DNA from: Acidimicrobiales bacterium
GTDB taxonomy: Bacteria; Actinomycetota; Acidimicrobiia; Acidimicrobiales; Aldehydirespiratoraceae
NCBI GenBank assembly: GCA_047516945.1
Contig: JAKZTU010000001.1
Coordinates: 1 to 48,227 of the forward strand
Direction of reading: 5' to 3'
Length of the DNA: 48,227 nt
Below the pieces are notes generated by a model. The model did no database searches. It was given only the letters and a program-made list of their open reading frames with translations, and had not been told where the DNA came from. This document shows, piece by piece, positions 47,213 to 48,227 of the stretch (position 1 is the first letter of the stretch; each line of letters opens with the position of its first letter). The translations under genes were made by a program, and so were the position numbers.

Positions 47213-48227
47213 GCAGAACTGTTGTCAACGCTTTGAGTCGTGTGGTTGCCCATCGGACATCTCGGCGCGGCCTCCTCGCTCGTTCCGCTTTCGGAGCAAC
47301 CGCGTTGGCTGTGGCGCCAGTGACTTTCGCGATGCGCCCGATTTCCGCGCACGACGTGATTTGTTCCTGCGGGAGTTCCGAGTGCGCTTGCGGTGACCTT
47401 TGTTGCGATGGGTACTCCGATTTCTGCTGCAAGTTGACCGGTGAGAATCTGTGCCCGCCCAACACGGTGGTCGCGGGCTGGTGGAAAGCCGATGGCACCG
47501 GGTTTTGCGATGTCGGTGACAGTCCTCGCCCCCGCTATTACCTGGATTGCAATCATCTTTGTGACGATGGTTGTGAATGTGACTCGAGTGGGGTTTGTGA
47601 ATCGTCGTGTACGTCTGCTGATTGCCGCTGTCTTGAGGGATGTGATTCGCGATCAGTCGACTGCGCCACTTTCCGGTACGGCCAGTGCAATCAAGACCTT
47701 GCCTGTGTGGGACCTATTGCCTGTCGGATCGTCACCTGTGCGCCGCCGTGGCAGTGGGACGGATCATGTGATGACACGCCGGCAACTGATGACTCCACCG
47801 GGCCTCATGATCAACCCTGCTTGCATGAGGGTTTCACAGATATCGCGCCGAATGCTTACTATGCCGAGGCGGTGGTCTGGGCGTTGGAGCGAGAAATAAC
47901 GACCGGCTATAGCGGCGATATCTTTGGCCCTCATGAGCCTCTGCTTCGTTGGCACTTGGCCGTTTTTTTGTGGCGTTACCAGGGGAATCCTGAACCGGTG
48001 TCGGTATCACACTTCGCCGATGTGCAAGACAGGTGGTACTCCCAGGCTGTGAACTGGATGTCCGAAGCTGGGATTGCGTCTGGCACCGACGCTGGTCGGT
48101 TCGACCCGGATGTCCCGGTCACGCGTGCCCAAGCCGTCACTTTCTTGTGGCGCATGAAAGGTCAACCGGCTGCGAACTGGGAGGCACCTCTACCATTTGA
48201 TGATGTGGGAATTGATGCTTATTACCA
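47209..48227 (+). CDS. Tat-exported Cys-rich MauA (methylamine dehydrogenase light chain)-like protein fused to SLH repeats; runs off the window edge
   Basis: Not in the track; translated by hand. ATG overlaps the mauE stop. Contains TSRRGLL, 26 Cys in 47362-47820 and CPPNTVVAGWWKAD...RYYLDC. From about 47833 it has SLH repeats (FTDI..AYYAEAVVWALEREITTG..FGP; FADV..WYSQAVNWM..GIASG..FDPDVPVTRAQAVTFLWR). Confidence 0.8.
   Translation, partial: MSRTVVNALSRVVAHRTSRRGLLARSAFGATALAVAPVTFAMRPISAHDVICSCGSSECACGDLCCDGYSDFCCKLTGENLCPPNTVVAGWWKADGTGFCDVGDSPRPRYYLDCNHLCDDGCECDSSGVCESSCTSADCRCLEGCDSRSVDCATFRYGQCNQDLACVGPIACRIVTCAPPWQWDGSCDDTPATDDSTGPHDQPCLHEGFTDIAPNAYYAEAVVWALEREITTGYSGDIFGPHEPLLRWHLAVFLWRYQGNPEPVSVSHFADVQDRWYSQAVNWMSEAGIASGTDAGRFDPDVPVTRAQAVTFLWRMKGQPAANWEAPLPFDDVGIDAYY

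Noticed and set aside
47441-47899. 152-aa track ORF and other ORFs overlapping the right end
   Set aside because: Shadow frames of the real open-ended ORF starting at 47209.
1-48227. tRNA, rRNA, transposase, integrase or prophage genes
   Set aside because: None recognised by eye. A tRNAscan/Infernal run would be needed to exclude small RNAs.

Overview
High-GC bacterial DNA that looks actinobacterial, probably Acidimicrobiia-like (inferred from DUF4032, DUF222-HNH, LCP, leaderless promoters and a Zur-type box). From left to right: (i) a restriction-modification island (1-5.7 kb) with two C5 DNA methyltransferases, a NaeI-family endonuclease, Vsr and an unusual two-domain PD-(D/E)XK nuclease; (ii) accessory metabolic genes and two toxin-antitoxin-like pairs, including a PrdB/GrdB-like selenoprotein that the ORF track splits at an in-frame UGA (U-x-x-C) followed by a SECIS-like hairpin; (iii) a Fur/Zur-Zn ABC-CDF cluster; (iv) a scar-rich accessory region with truncated rmuC, a TM0106 nuclease, a degenerate two-component pair, GmrSD, a HAD cassette between duplicated gene ends, an rsfS stub and a DUF222-HNH gene; (v) the N-methylglutamate methylamine genes gmaS and mgsABC; (vi) a membrane-anchored PhoX-like protein. 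At the right edge, mauE is coupled to an ORF missing from the track that encodes a Tat-exported, 26-Cys, MauA (methylamine dehydrogenase light chain)-like domain fused to S-layer homology repeats. That last pair is the strongest candidate for an undescribed system. All family assignments come from motif recognition by eye; no searches were run.
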